Below are positions 1-12,617 of a stretch of 64,000 nt of DNA, one piece after another. The DNA lies in NCBI GenBank assembly GCA_025786725.1, contig JAHLTZ010000056.1:31745-95744 (forward strand). Reading direction: 5' to 3'. The notes beneath the pieces were generated by a model that saw nothing but the letters and a program-made list of their open reading frames with translations, had not been told where the DNA came from and did no database searches. Every line of letters starts with the position of its first letter. Within the stretch, counting starts at the first letter, position 1. A program made the position numbers and the translations under genes. The DNA is from Syncephalis fuscata S228 (taxonomy: Eukaryota; Fungi; Zoopagomycota).

Positions 1-3000
1 ATTGGACTCGGTAAAAAGATCCAATCACAGATATTCCGGTGTCTGGCTGGTATTTTACACTTGGGCAGTATCCAGTTTACGGATCCCAGCCGCCAGACAA
101 CAGAAGAGTCGGCATATGTACGCAACGATGAAGCACTTGCCACGGCTGCCGAACTGTTTGGACTACACGCACGCGCACTTGAGGGTGTATTGACATACAA
201 GACACAGCTTATCAAGTCGGAAATGTGCACGCTTTTCCTGAACGCCGAACAATGTGCTCGTCAACGTGACGATCTTGCTCGATCACTCTATGGACTGCTA
301 TTTTCATGGCTGATCGAACAGATCAATACAAAGCTATGCACAGAATCGCAAACATATTTTATTGGTGTACTCGATCTTATCGGCTACCAGCCGGACCGAG
401 TTGTTCGTAACGGAGCCGGACTCGGCTTTGAAAACTTTTTATCTAACTTTGCATGTGAACGAGTGCACAACTTTATGCTGCATGAAATCTTTATTGCCGG
501 TAGTGACGACATGAGCAACGACGGCGTACGTGTGCCTCGTGTCGACTATGTCGACAACGCGCCATGTCTCGATCTATTTATGAAGCCACGTCGTGGTCTG
601 TTTGGCCTAATGGACAAGGAAGCGTCACGATCGGCCAATATCCGTCCTGCAACAGACGAGCAGTTCTTGCAAGCGTTTAATAAGCAACATTCAGCACACG
701 ACAACTACCTTGTCGTGCCAAATCGCCATAACGCATTTGCAATTCAACACTTTGCCGGACAAGTCACGTACGACGTGGACCGGTTTGCCGACAAGAATGC
801 CGATCTTTTGAGTGCAGACTTTGTCCAGCTGTTCCGTGGTAATGGCGGTGACTTGCCAGGATCGGCCAATGCCTTTATTACAACACTGTTTGAAGGCAGT
901 TCTGTCGAGACGGAGACACATGCGCGTGACAACGGCATTATTGTTGCAGCACGTCAGTCGGCCAAACCAACTCGCTCGCCAAGTACACGTCGTATGCGTA
1001 AAGCCGACGATGTGGAGGTTGACGACGACGACGACGACGCCAAGAGCAAGAAAGGAAAGAAAGGCACCAAAAAGGACAAGACGACCAAGCTTGTTGGTGT
1101 CGGTACACAGTGCAGTAAAGGTATTGGCGAATTGCTTGATACACTTGGCGAAACAATGCCATGGTTTGTGATCTGTATACGACCAAATGATCAGTCTAAA
1201 GTTGGTAAATTCGATGCCAAATATGTACGATCACAAGTACGCTATTTGCAACTACCCGAAATTGCCCAACGACGAGCAGTCGAATATATGGCCAATTTTA
1301 CGCATGCCGAATTTATCGACCGTTACACAATCGTACTTTCGCCAATGGGAATTGAGTCAAGTCGGCAGCCGCGGGCCAAGATTGAAGCAGCCGGCGAAAT
1401 ATTTGGCTGGACGCCGCGCGAAATGTGCATTGGCAATAAACGCGTTTGGCTAAATGATTCGGCCTGGCGCGATTTGGAAGACAATCTACGTGCTGCCGAA
1501 AATGAAACACGCCGACGACAGAAAGATGGCGGTGGTGGCATGGACGATAACATGTCTACATACAGCGGCATGACTGGATACGGCGGCGGTATGCTTGCTC
1601 CACCACGAGCTCTAGGTGCTGGATTACCAGGTGCACCATCTGTCTTCTCTGATGATCAACAATCGTATATGAGTGATGACGACGGTGGCAACTCTACCTA
1701 TGGCGATCACCGAGGCAATAATTCGCCATATGCTGGTTCATCAGCTGGCGATTATGAAATGCGTAAACGCAATGGTGGCGGCATGTCAAGTAGTGCTGGT
1801 GATCATGGCGACAAAAACATTCTAGTTGAGCAAGAAGAAGAAGAAAAGCCTAAAATGACTGCTCAACGTCGCCGCTGGCTATGTATTACGTGGTCATTAA
1901 CTTGGTGGGTACCGCCCTTCTGCTTAGGATGGTGCGGTATGAAACGTAAAGACATTAGAATAGCCTGGCGTGAAAAGCTTGCTTTGTGCATTGTTATCTT
2001 CTTTGCCTGCTTAGTAATGTTATTCTTTATTGTCTTCTTTGGTAAATTGATCTGTCCACGCCAAGAGATTATGAATACTATTGAGTTAGCTGCACAAAAG
2101 GACGATAAGCCGTTGCCATACACCGCTATTCGTGGTGAAATTATGGATATCAGAAAGGTTGCTGTCCACGCACAAACCACGCTTAAAGAAATGCTTGACG
2201 TCAAAAGCAACTATGCTGGCCAGGATGCATCCAGATTATTCCCTGTACAGCCAAGTGTTCTATGTGACGGTGCTGATGGTAGTAAAAGTATTGACCAAGC
2301 ATTGGCGTTTAGCAATTTCACTGTTCAAGGTGATACGGCCAATGTACACGACTTCCGTTGGTATACTCGAAAAGGAAATCTAAACAAATACAGCGAAATT
2401 ATGGAAACGCTTAGAAGAAGTGCCCGTATAGCGTATCTTGGCTGGGATCCAAACGATTTGAAAGCCATGGTCGCATCAGCATCAACAAGCTATGTTATTA
2501 TTAACGAACAAGTCTTTGATCTTACCAGATACATGACGAACAATGTTGATTATCTGTATCCAGATGGTAGCCGTGGAAAAGACTCAGCACCTGTCGTTAA
2601 TTTCCTTGGCGATGAATTTGCTGCTTTGGTTAAAGCCAATCCTGGTAATGATATTACGAACAAGTTTAACCAAATGTTCAAATCTAAAAAGGCCGATCAA
2701 AATCGCATCAAGGTTTGCTTGCGTAATTTGTTCTTTGTCGGTGTCGTTGATTATCGTCGAAGTGCACGTTGTCAATTTGCCAATTACATTCTACTTGCCG
2801 TTACATCATTCATGGTGTTGATTATATTCTTTAAATTCCTTGCCGCCCTTCAATTGACTAGTCGTCGTGATCCTGAAGAACACGATCGATTTGTTATTTG
2901 CCAAGTGCCATGTTATACTGAAGGCGAAGAATCGCTTAAAGACACAATTGATTCACTTGCCGTACTTCGATATGACGATAAACGTAAATTAATATTTATT

Positions 3001-4956
3001 ATTTGCGATGGTATGATCGTTGGTTCTGGCAATGACCGCTCTACACCTCGTATTGCGCTTGATCTACTTGGTGCCGATCCTAGCATTGATCCTGAACCAC
3101 TTAGCTTCCTATCACTTGGTGATGGTATTAAACAGCATAATATGGGCAAGGTATATACTGGCCTTTATGAATGTAAAGGTCATGTTGTTCCATACATTGT
3201 TGTTGTTAAAGTTGGTCGTCCAAATGAACGTGCCCGTCCTGGCAATCGTGGCAAGCGCGACTCTCAGCTTATTCTAATGCGATTCTTTAATGCCGTTCAC
3301 TTTAATTCGGAAATGACACCACTTGAACTTGAAATGTATCACCAAATCAAAAATGTTATTGGTGTCGATCCAAGCTTTTATGAATACGTTCTTATGGTGG
3401 ATGCCGATACATTTATTATGCCAGATTCACTTAATCGCATGGTCAGTGCTATGTTGCACGATCAAAAGATCATTGGCTTGTGTGGTGAAACGCAACTTGC
3501 CAATGCTAAAGCAACCTGGATTACAATGATTCAAGTATACGAATACTACATTTCTCATCATATGGCAAAGGCATTTGAATCGCTATTTGGCTCTGTTACC
3601 TGTCTTCCTGGCTGTTTCTCGATGTACCGTGTCCGTGCACCTACAAAGAATAAGCCATTGCTTGTATCTAATCAATTAATTGAAGAATATTCAGAGAACC
3701 GTGTTGATACATTGCATAAGAAGAATTTGCTATCACTTGGTGAAGATCGTTATTTGACAACGCTACTACTTAAGCACTTCCCAATGAACAAGACTTCATT
3801 TACAAGCGATGCACAGTGCCGTACCAACGCTCCCGATACATGGTCTATTCTGCTTTCACAGCGCCGTCGATGGATCAATTCAACTGTGCATAATCTTGTT
3901 GAGCTTATTTCGCTACCACGTCTGTGCGGTTTCTGCTGCTTCTCTATGCGATTTGTTGTATTCATCGACTTGTTCTCCACCGTTGTTGCACCGGCTGCTG
4001 TTGTGTATCTTGGCTACTTGGTATATGTCGGTATTACGGAAGGTAGTGATGCAGTTATGATTTCCTTTATTCTGTTTGGTGTAGTCTACGGCCTACAAGC
4101 CATTATTTTCTTACTTAGACGTAAATGGGAGCATATTGGTTATATGATTATTTCTATTATTGCACTGCCACTTTTTTCGTTCTTTATTCCTATCTATTCG
4201 TTCTGGCACTTTGATGACTTTTCTTGGGGTAATACTCGTTTGGTAGTTGGTGATAAGGGCGATAAGAAATACATATCTGCTGATGATGAGAAATTTGACC
4301 CACGTAGCATTCCACGTAAGAAGTGGAGCGACTACGAACAGAGCTGTGGGAGGTTGGTTCGCAGAACTCACACGAGTCTCGTGCTACTGCCGTCAGCCAC
4401 CATTCTCACCAATCGCATCAATCTCGAGGCCATCCGAGTGAATACGGCGCATTTGCCGGTACTGGAACGCCATCAGTTATGGGCATGGAACAAAACTATC
4501 GTCAGAGCTCGTACTCCAACATGAAGACGGCTGTGGGTACCAACGATCATCGGGCTTCTCAAGCACTTACCATCGATAACAATATGATGGGCGGTAACTT
4601 TAGCCAGGAAATATACAAGGCCAGCCCGGATTTGCCAATAATAATAACAATGCCTATGCTCGTCCAGCAAGTGCCGTTTATAGCGCGTACGGCGTTGGTA
4701 ATAATGGTGCTCATTCGGTTGGTGCCCCATCGGTTATTATGGATTTCGATGGCCACAACAACAACACCAACAACATGTGTCCAAATGACGATCAAATTCT
4801 TGGCGAAATTCGACGTATTCTTTCGACGGCCGATCTAATGACCGTAACAAAGAAACAGTTAGAGACGAGCTTTCGGCCTTCTTTGGCATTGATATGACAC
4901 CCAAGAAAGAGTACATCAATCGATGCATTGAAATGATTCTACAGGGCAAATTATAA
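1..4956 (+). CDS. Chitin synthase with N-terminal myosin motor-like domain (class V/VII), 5'-partial; three apparent frameshifts near the C-terminus
   Basis: Frame 1 is open from base 1 (myosin motif LAGILHLG; HFAGQVTY; FVICIRPN). Also cytochrome-b5-like segments (YTAIRGEIMDI, IINEQVFDLT) and GT2 motifs DADT, GEDRYL, QRRRW. A DEK_C tail (PNDDQILGEIRRILSTADLMTVTKKQ/RDELSAFFGIDMTPKKEYINRCIEMILQGKL*) ends at TAA 4954-4956, reached via frame changes at ~4340, ~4604 and ~4859. Confidence 0.95.
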
Positions 4957-7828
4957 TCTATTATTACAATTATTTAGTCTAAAGACTTTTGTGACGCTTT
5001 ATTAGTTTGTTCTGCTGTAATTGTCACTCCACACAGATTTAATTGCTTTAGAATTAACACTTCTCATCTATTTGATTGCTGTTATCACCTGAACTGTATC
5101 AGGAGATGTTTCCTTATTTCATTTCATTTTTCCTATTAGATACATAAGCTTTAAAAACTTGTGTATCTATCTCCCTATACATCTATCACTAGTGGAGTAC
5201 TTGCGGTAATAAATTGGTTTTGACGTAAAGTGTTTATTTGTAATTTAATGTAAAGTTAATTTAGTAATGTAAATTAAGCAATGTAGCTAATTAATACAAG
5301 TATGAAAGTGTGTTAAATAATGGTGTATAAAATCTGGTTATAAAAGTGATTATCAACTTGATAGTAAATTAACTGAAGTAATGGCTTTAACGTAAACTGA
5401 TAAATTATAATTGAGTTAAAGGTAAAATATGCTTGTTATCTACTTGTTGCTTAATAAAATATTTTAATACATAAATATAATCAATTTTTGCTCACTGTTT
5501 TTATACATTTAATAAATATCAAATACGAACACCCTATTATTATATGCTAACTGTGCTGAACAGGTCTTGCCTGTGTTTATCTAAGATTAATTACTGAATC
5601 ATGCTTAACCAAGTAAAAATACTTACTTGATGCTAAACTAAATACTATTTATAGCGATATTGAGAAATGATTAGATGAAATCAATTGTGCTGTCTAGTTG
5701 ATATTGAAATGAAACTAGCATTTATAGCAAATGCTGTATGGATAGTGCTAATATATGGTAGAGTTTAAACAATTTATGTTCACGGAGCTCATGTATAAGA
5801 AATTAGGCAGAAATTGTGTATTCACTAACTAAAAATATTGGTTTGTATATCGTTTACCGGATATTTACTAGTTACGACATGTTAATGTTTAATCATACAA
5901 TAGTCGATAGATAAAAGCTTATTTGTAGCAAGTATCAATATTGCATGCCATATTTTATACCAAAACAAAACACGTACGTGTTAACATGCTTAATCACATG
6001 GTAATAATTGTGATATAGTCTACGGACAAGATACACAGACAAAATAATACATTGCCATATACAGCTATGAATATGGTTTCTATATTTAGCATTGCCTGAT
6101 TTAAATTTGTTATTATCTATTTAAATAATGCTAGCGGACCTAGCTTATTCCGATAATCATATGAAGAGTAGCTGCAGCCCTCAGCGGTCGGAACATCAAG
6201 CGTAATGGCATAATTTCGTTTTCTTTATCGAACAAAGTGTAGATACGGGATCAAGTCCTTGAAACTATTGTTTTAAAAAACACTTTGAACTCTGTTTGAA
6301 TTAGGCATACTGGTCTATTCCAGGCATGTGGCTGGTGAAATATGGCTCGAGCAAAAGGCGGCCTAATACATTCTCAACATACCTGTAGGGTACTTATTTG
6401 ATGCTTCTAGCCATTATTGAAATATTTTTAAAAATACTTGCTGCTATATTTATACTGATATACATATATGAGAAACGTGGAATAGCTATGTCACAGGGAT
6501 TAACCTATGATCAAATATGCCTTGGTATTGGCTGCGGGAAAGACATTTATTTATATTATCTACAGACGGTTGATTGTCCATCTGTGTTTTTGCTAAAATA
6601 TCTCTGCACCGAAATCATGTGTGGATTGTATAATATTTTATTATGTGTATGATGATATCAGACAGCGACCACATAAGGCCTTACATTGTAAATTTTTTGA
6701 GCCTTCTTTGTAGAAAGCCAAACTTTTGGGCCAAATGTTCGTGAGACATAAACGCTACTATCCCTTAGTGACTCATTATACTTTGGTGTGAAAGATGCTG
6801 TATACCGGTATGGTACTTGATATCGCTCCACAATTGAGTCTTCGGGAGATACAAACACTACTATGAAGGGGATGGTGCTATTATCGTTACAGAAATGGGA
6901 AAACCATGAAGCTACCTCCGTTTGATTTGTGACATCGATAAGGATAGATTCAAATGGTTGACAGTATATTGTTTATTTGTCGTGGATTGGTCCCATCGTT
7001 GGAGAATGTTGCTAAATGTGTGTATACAGATGAGGGATCGGGTTCTCCCCAAGCGTTACTATCACGCGACTGAGTCGTGCAGCAGTAGAAATAATGGCGT
7101 TGGCTGTGATGGCAGAGTAATAGCCAATCACTTGGCAAAGAGTGATATGCACCAGTGCATGTTTATACGTGTATGGCGTAGTGGGAGCCGTTAAACAAGA
7201 GAAATACTAGTAAGTGACGACAATGATGATTGCAGCAGCAGCGACAATAAGGATGAACCATGCCATCAGCCATTTGGCAAATGGTGTCATTTGGCCGTCA
7301 AATCATGATAGAGTTTTACGTCCTTGCTCGGTGGCACCAATCCTTAGTCGTGTGACCCATAGCAGTGTTGGCACTATCCGTTTAATGATGTAGGATGTAC
7401 ACCGTCCAATAGAGCGGTAAGCTAATTAACGGCGTAAACGTGAATAGTAAGCAAAATATGATAGCACACCCGCATGGTTGGCATGTCTAAAGCGGGACGA
7501 TCTTGCATTGCGATGCCAGTTTCAGTAAGAAAAAACATGTCCATACCTATCGGAACGAAATAGTGGTCGCTGATGTCATGTTACGTAGAATTCGGCCATT
7601 TACGCCGTCTATCTATGTCCTCGGCTTCCAAGTTTCGGAATATAGAAATAGATCAAATATTATCGCGGGTCCTCAGTATCCACTTTTCTATCTACCATCC
7701 ATTTAAGCCACTGGCAGTTATCATTTTATTAGCACATCCTCATAATCGATTATTATTTTAAGCACCTTGTTTACATTAACAAACAAGTTTACTTAATCTC
7801 CTTTCTATTCAAACATTTATACGAATCT

Positions 7829-7852
7829 ACACACACACACACACACACACAC
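7829..7852. repeat. (AC)n microsatellite
   Basis: About 12 AC units seen directly. Confidence 0.9.
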
Positions 7853-10312
7853 ATTAACTATAAATCATTCACTAATTAACTTTAATACGGTCAAGTCAGC
7901 CAGTTAAATAACACCAAACAAGGTATGCTGATAAAAATTTTGTGTTGATAAATGTCTATAGCGCTATTTTTATTCCCGCTATATCAATGGCTATGATATA
8001 GCCATACCTACACTTGTGATGCTTGTTATGATCTCATGTAATAATGAGGCGATTATCAAACTTATCTTTTTTTGATCAACTAAGCTAGCATGCTTTTCTG
8101 ATCCGATTACTCGTTTGTTCATTCTTAACTAGTATTCTTAGTACTGCTGCTTGTATTATAATACCGGTTTGATTTTGTCGTATTATGAACGTAATTGCTG
8201 AGAGACTATAACCATGACATTCACAGGCTTGTGCATGAAATGGTGGGATGGACTGGTGCGTGTGTGCGTGTGTGCGTGTGTGTGAAAGCTATGCACCCAG
8301 GTCTAACCTGTGTACCCATTGCCAATTACTTCGTCCAGTTGCTTGCCGTTTATCTGTTTCTTTGCATATTCTTTTCTATTTCGTCAACTTTCATCTTCGT
8401 TGCTTGATACTTTCTGTTTTCTATTTGTTAGCAGGGTATCTATCAATTAATATTGCTATTGCCACTATTCTTACTGATATTGCGCAATTTCAACTTACTC
8501 AATGGTTATAGAAGTGGCGGGTTCTAGGCGTGTGCAAACAAACGCCTTTTCCATAGCTATTTTATAACTGCTTCTACCGCGTTACAGGTGTTTACCTGTT
8601 GTCAAATCAACATTTATTATCATCATCATTAGTATTGTATTCGTACATTTAATTCGGTGGAATATTTTGCTGTTGTGGTAGGTCATATTGTAAGCGTGGT
8701 TTAAGCGCGCTGTTTTATTACGTCTATCGGTTACATTAAGCCATACGCGTCTTTCAAAAAACAAAAAACAGTCTACAGTGCGATACTTTAACAGATACAA
8801 GTAATTTTATATTAAAGTTAGCACTAGTCTATTTCAAATTTACGGTAAGGAATGCGCGTATCATTTTATGGCGTAATGTGTTTTAATGATTCTGCATCGG
8901 TGGTAGAATGAATAATAATGTTGTGCTTAGAAATGGGTGGAGATTGTGTGTGTGCGTGCGTATGAGTGGTGAATATGGTTCATCAGCTGAGTGCTAAAGC
9001 TATCTCATTTGTGCCTTTTTCGATCAACAGAAGCATGTCGACGGGCCTTGAGTCGGTGGTGTGTGTGTCCATTTTATTTCCTAATCGAATTCCTTACAGT
9101 TGTTACGGCTATTTTTGCATGGCCGGTTTACTGTTTTTCCTGTTATCAATGGCAGATGTTCCCTGTATTGCTACAGATGCTCGTTGTTGTACGGTTGGGC
9201 CATAGGTAACATGATATTTATTTAATCTGTTTCATACACGATTCGTTTGCCATGCTAAACTACTTTGGCCTACCGTAGGCTAGGAGATAGCGATAATTAG
9301 TACTACTATTAGTGCTACCGTTAATCGTTGTTCTAGAACTAATAAAAACGAAAGGTGGGAAATAGATTTTTGGCATTGGATGTCTAGCGGTGGCACACGC
9401 TGGACCAATGCTAGCTTTTGGCAAGGAAAATGGGGCAAATAATCTATATTCATTTAAAGCCTTTGGTTTTAAATTCATTCATTTATTGCCTTCAACTAAT
9501 GTGTATGTGCATAGCTAGTTTAGCATACTCGGCCATTGATAGCAATGCTTCCGTCTCCGACTAAGCTTTAAAACGCAGTTTAGTAATACATTTTGATACA
9601 TTTTCATATACGCCATAAGGTGTAGTACTTTATTGTTTCGCTCGGATCTGCTACAAAAGCTCCATTTATCGATGGTGTTACGGCGTGGTTACTTTGACTT
9701 TTGGCTGAGTGAAATTTGCGCGTTTCCAAACCAAAAATCAAAGCAATGAATAAGGGCCAAACACGTCTTAGTCTTTCCCCGACTGTGATATGTGATATAG
9801 CACCTCCCCATTTCGATCTACCTTTTCGTTATGCACACACACGCACACATCACACTTTGCCATAAGAGATATTCATAGCACTCTCCTTGTTTTAGTTCGC
9901 CTTGGTTATTGCCCCACAAATAGCTTTTTTAGGCTTTGACGTTTGTGTGTTCAATACTGAAGCTTGTACAGCAAGTGTCGTAACGCGTATGTACAAATTC
10001 ACAGTATAGTGCTTCTAGATGCATTGTTAAAGCAAATGGTATTCTAATTTATAGGCTTTGCCGATAGCATTAGCTGCTTAATTCAGTATTCGATACAGTT
10101 GAATCAAATCTAGTTTTATTTTTAATACATTGCTTTAACATACACGCTTACTGTTCAGTTTCGTATGCACGTTTTTATATTTAAGCATATTAATGCAATA
10201 TATATATATAGCGTGACTAGCTTTCAAACATCTCGTTTATTTGCTTTTTAATACTACTTGACTATTGACCGTCACTTTTCGTACACTTTCTAACCAACAA
10301 TTCATTCTATAG

Positions 10313-12617
10313 TACTCTTCCAAGGTTTATCGCTGTTACTTCTGTGCCCATTATCTACCATTACATCTTTGTTCCACGCAGACGAGTGTTAAGAAGCCAA
10401 CATTGTTCTAGGTAAGTTAATCACAAGCATGACGATTGTTTCGTTTTTTGGTATCTTTCTATTTGTTCGGTTGTACCAGTGTTATTCATTTAACGCTTAG
10501 CATACCTTTATTCCTGGCACATTGCATCTTTTTTGGTCAAACAAACTTTGCCATAGTTGATTTTGTCATAATATGTTTGATGAATCGACACATTGATTTA
10601 CTTTTCCTTATACATTACTTTACACAAACACAAACACACAAACATTCGTTGTTACTTTTCTTTGAAACTTAGCGTCTAGACCATCGTTATCACACGATAT
10701 TAATGGTAAATTTATTTCCTTTCGGGGTTATTTTTATTTTAATGACTGCCTCATTTGGTTTATTGACTCCGACTGGCAAAAAGGACTGGCAAAAAGACCT
10801 GCATTTAGGTCATTTGTGCTAGTATGTGTTTTATTCTTGGCAACATTAGTTCTATTTAGAATAGCATATTCCATACTAAGGGATTAAAAAAGGCTGATTT
10901 GCGATCTGGCTCATTTGGCCCTGAATCGCGTACACCCAATTTGCGATTGAATTGAGTTTGTACACATTGACACCTTTCTTGGCGTCTAATTATGGTCATT
11001 ATCGTTTTTGTGCAGTCAAATATACATTTTGCACGCTCACTCGTAGATACGAAGCTGCACGTGTCCGCACACGCACGCACATATATTCACATGAATGACT
11101 ACTGTGCACTTTTACCGATGGGAAGGATTCGGTAAATTTATCATCATTAGCAGCAATAATGCAGCCATACGGCAGCATGGTAGAGACAGAGAGCAATAAA
11201 GATAAAGATACGGTGTGTGTATGTGTGGTGCGGAACATAAGGTTCCGAAGGATTGGATAATCAGCGGTATTGGAGAGAGTTTTGAGGGGAGAAAGGATCA
11301 TATTGTATTACCGCCACCTTGCATCCACTTGAGGCCGGCCTTTTAGTGTTATTATTATCATTTCCCCTCAGCAATAATTTGTATGGATATGTGGCGTGTG
11401 TTTGTGTGTGTGTGCCTATATTGTTACAGCCATCAGAGATGATTCTGCATCACCATAGGAGAGAGAGAAATACTTCATTGATCCACTGTAACTTGGCATT
11501 TTCTTTTCGGCAACGTATGTACCCTGGCCTCGTTCGTAATCCTAGTTTCCTTTGCTCTGACCCTTTCTGGATCCATTGAGGTACTCGGGACGGCTAGGTG
11601 ATGATGGTGCTAGGTGAGGGGCCGCCTTCCACCAAATAAATGGTTACGAGCCAGTAAGCAAGTAAGGCCATACCAAGCACGCCATTACCATTCGTGATCA
11701 GCGTGTATATACATTGTAAAACGAGTGTTTGAGCAAAAGTCTAGTAGGTTTTATTTAAACGTGGACTCGGCTCTTGTTCTCGCACATACTTCATTCGCTT
11801 TTTTTACGTGATTCGTAGTATTGCACACCAAGGCATCATCATCACATATCCTATCACTCTTATTTCTATTCCACTGACTTAACTTTCTAATTCACGCTGT
11901 GATTTCAATTTTGTTTTAATTCACGCTGGGCCGTGTGGGTACGTATCATTTATCCTTGTCAGCCCAGTTGCTATCACTATTTAGTCGCCTCGACCTTGAT
12001 ATTCTGGTCCCTGGTACTCTGTCTTCAATCATCTCCCTTCAATCATCTCCCTTCAATTATTCCTATTCTATTGCTGCCTTATTTAATACCGCCGTTTCAT
12101 CTTACGCGCTATTACCCGACGCCAACCTAATATTGATCATTTGTTTTCTAGCGACCACCCTTTATTCTATTCTACTTTTAATTGGCGCATTATATTGCTC
12201 CTGTTTGAAGTGTACAAGCGGACAAGCTCAGCTTATTAATTATTTGCCAACAACTGTGACAAGTGGCGTCCTTAAACTACCTGATTTGGTTCGGCGATTT
12301 CCGTTAATTCACTTTATCCGCAACGATTCCAAGGGATTCGTGAAACTTCGCGTGATATTTTAGTGGTAAGTGTCCTGGATGCCCCAAATCGACGCTGTAA
12401 CTTATGAAACGTTATCACCTTGGCTTATTTTAAAAATTTTATTTAAATTGCCCACACCAAGCCAGCTAGCGTAATAGCAACTACAACTTCTGTCAGCTGA
12501 TTACTTAAAAATCTCACCGGATTTTTGTTTCTACACGTAATCAATTCTTACCTCTATCTTTACCATAACATCTATTTCAACACCCGTCAACGAATTATAT
12601 TCAATCCTATATTTATC
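10313..12617 (+). promoter_or_regulatory. Putative spliced 5' UTR exons of the velvet gene (10313-10411, 12152-12365, ~12497-12617)
   Basis: Acceptors with branch/pyrimidine tracts at 10311-12 (CTAAC at 10290) and 12150-51; GTAAGT donors at 10412 and 12366; weaker acceptor at 12495-96. All three segments lack ATG. Confidence 0.55.

Noticed and set aside
4330-4865. Programmed ribosomal frameshifting in chitin synthase, velvet and REEP genes
   Set aside because: No slippery heptamer or shared context; the pattern matches homopolymer under-calling.
11935-12363. 142-aa ORF upstream of the velvet gene
   Set aside because: Non-ATG start, low-complexity pyrimidine-rich sequence, and it spans predicted UTR splice sites.
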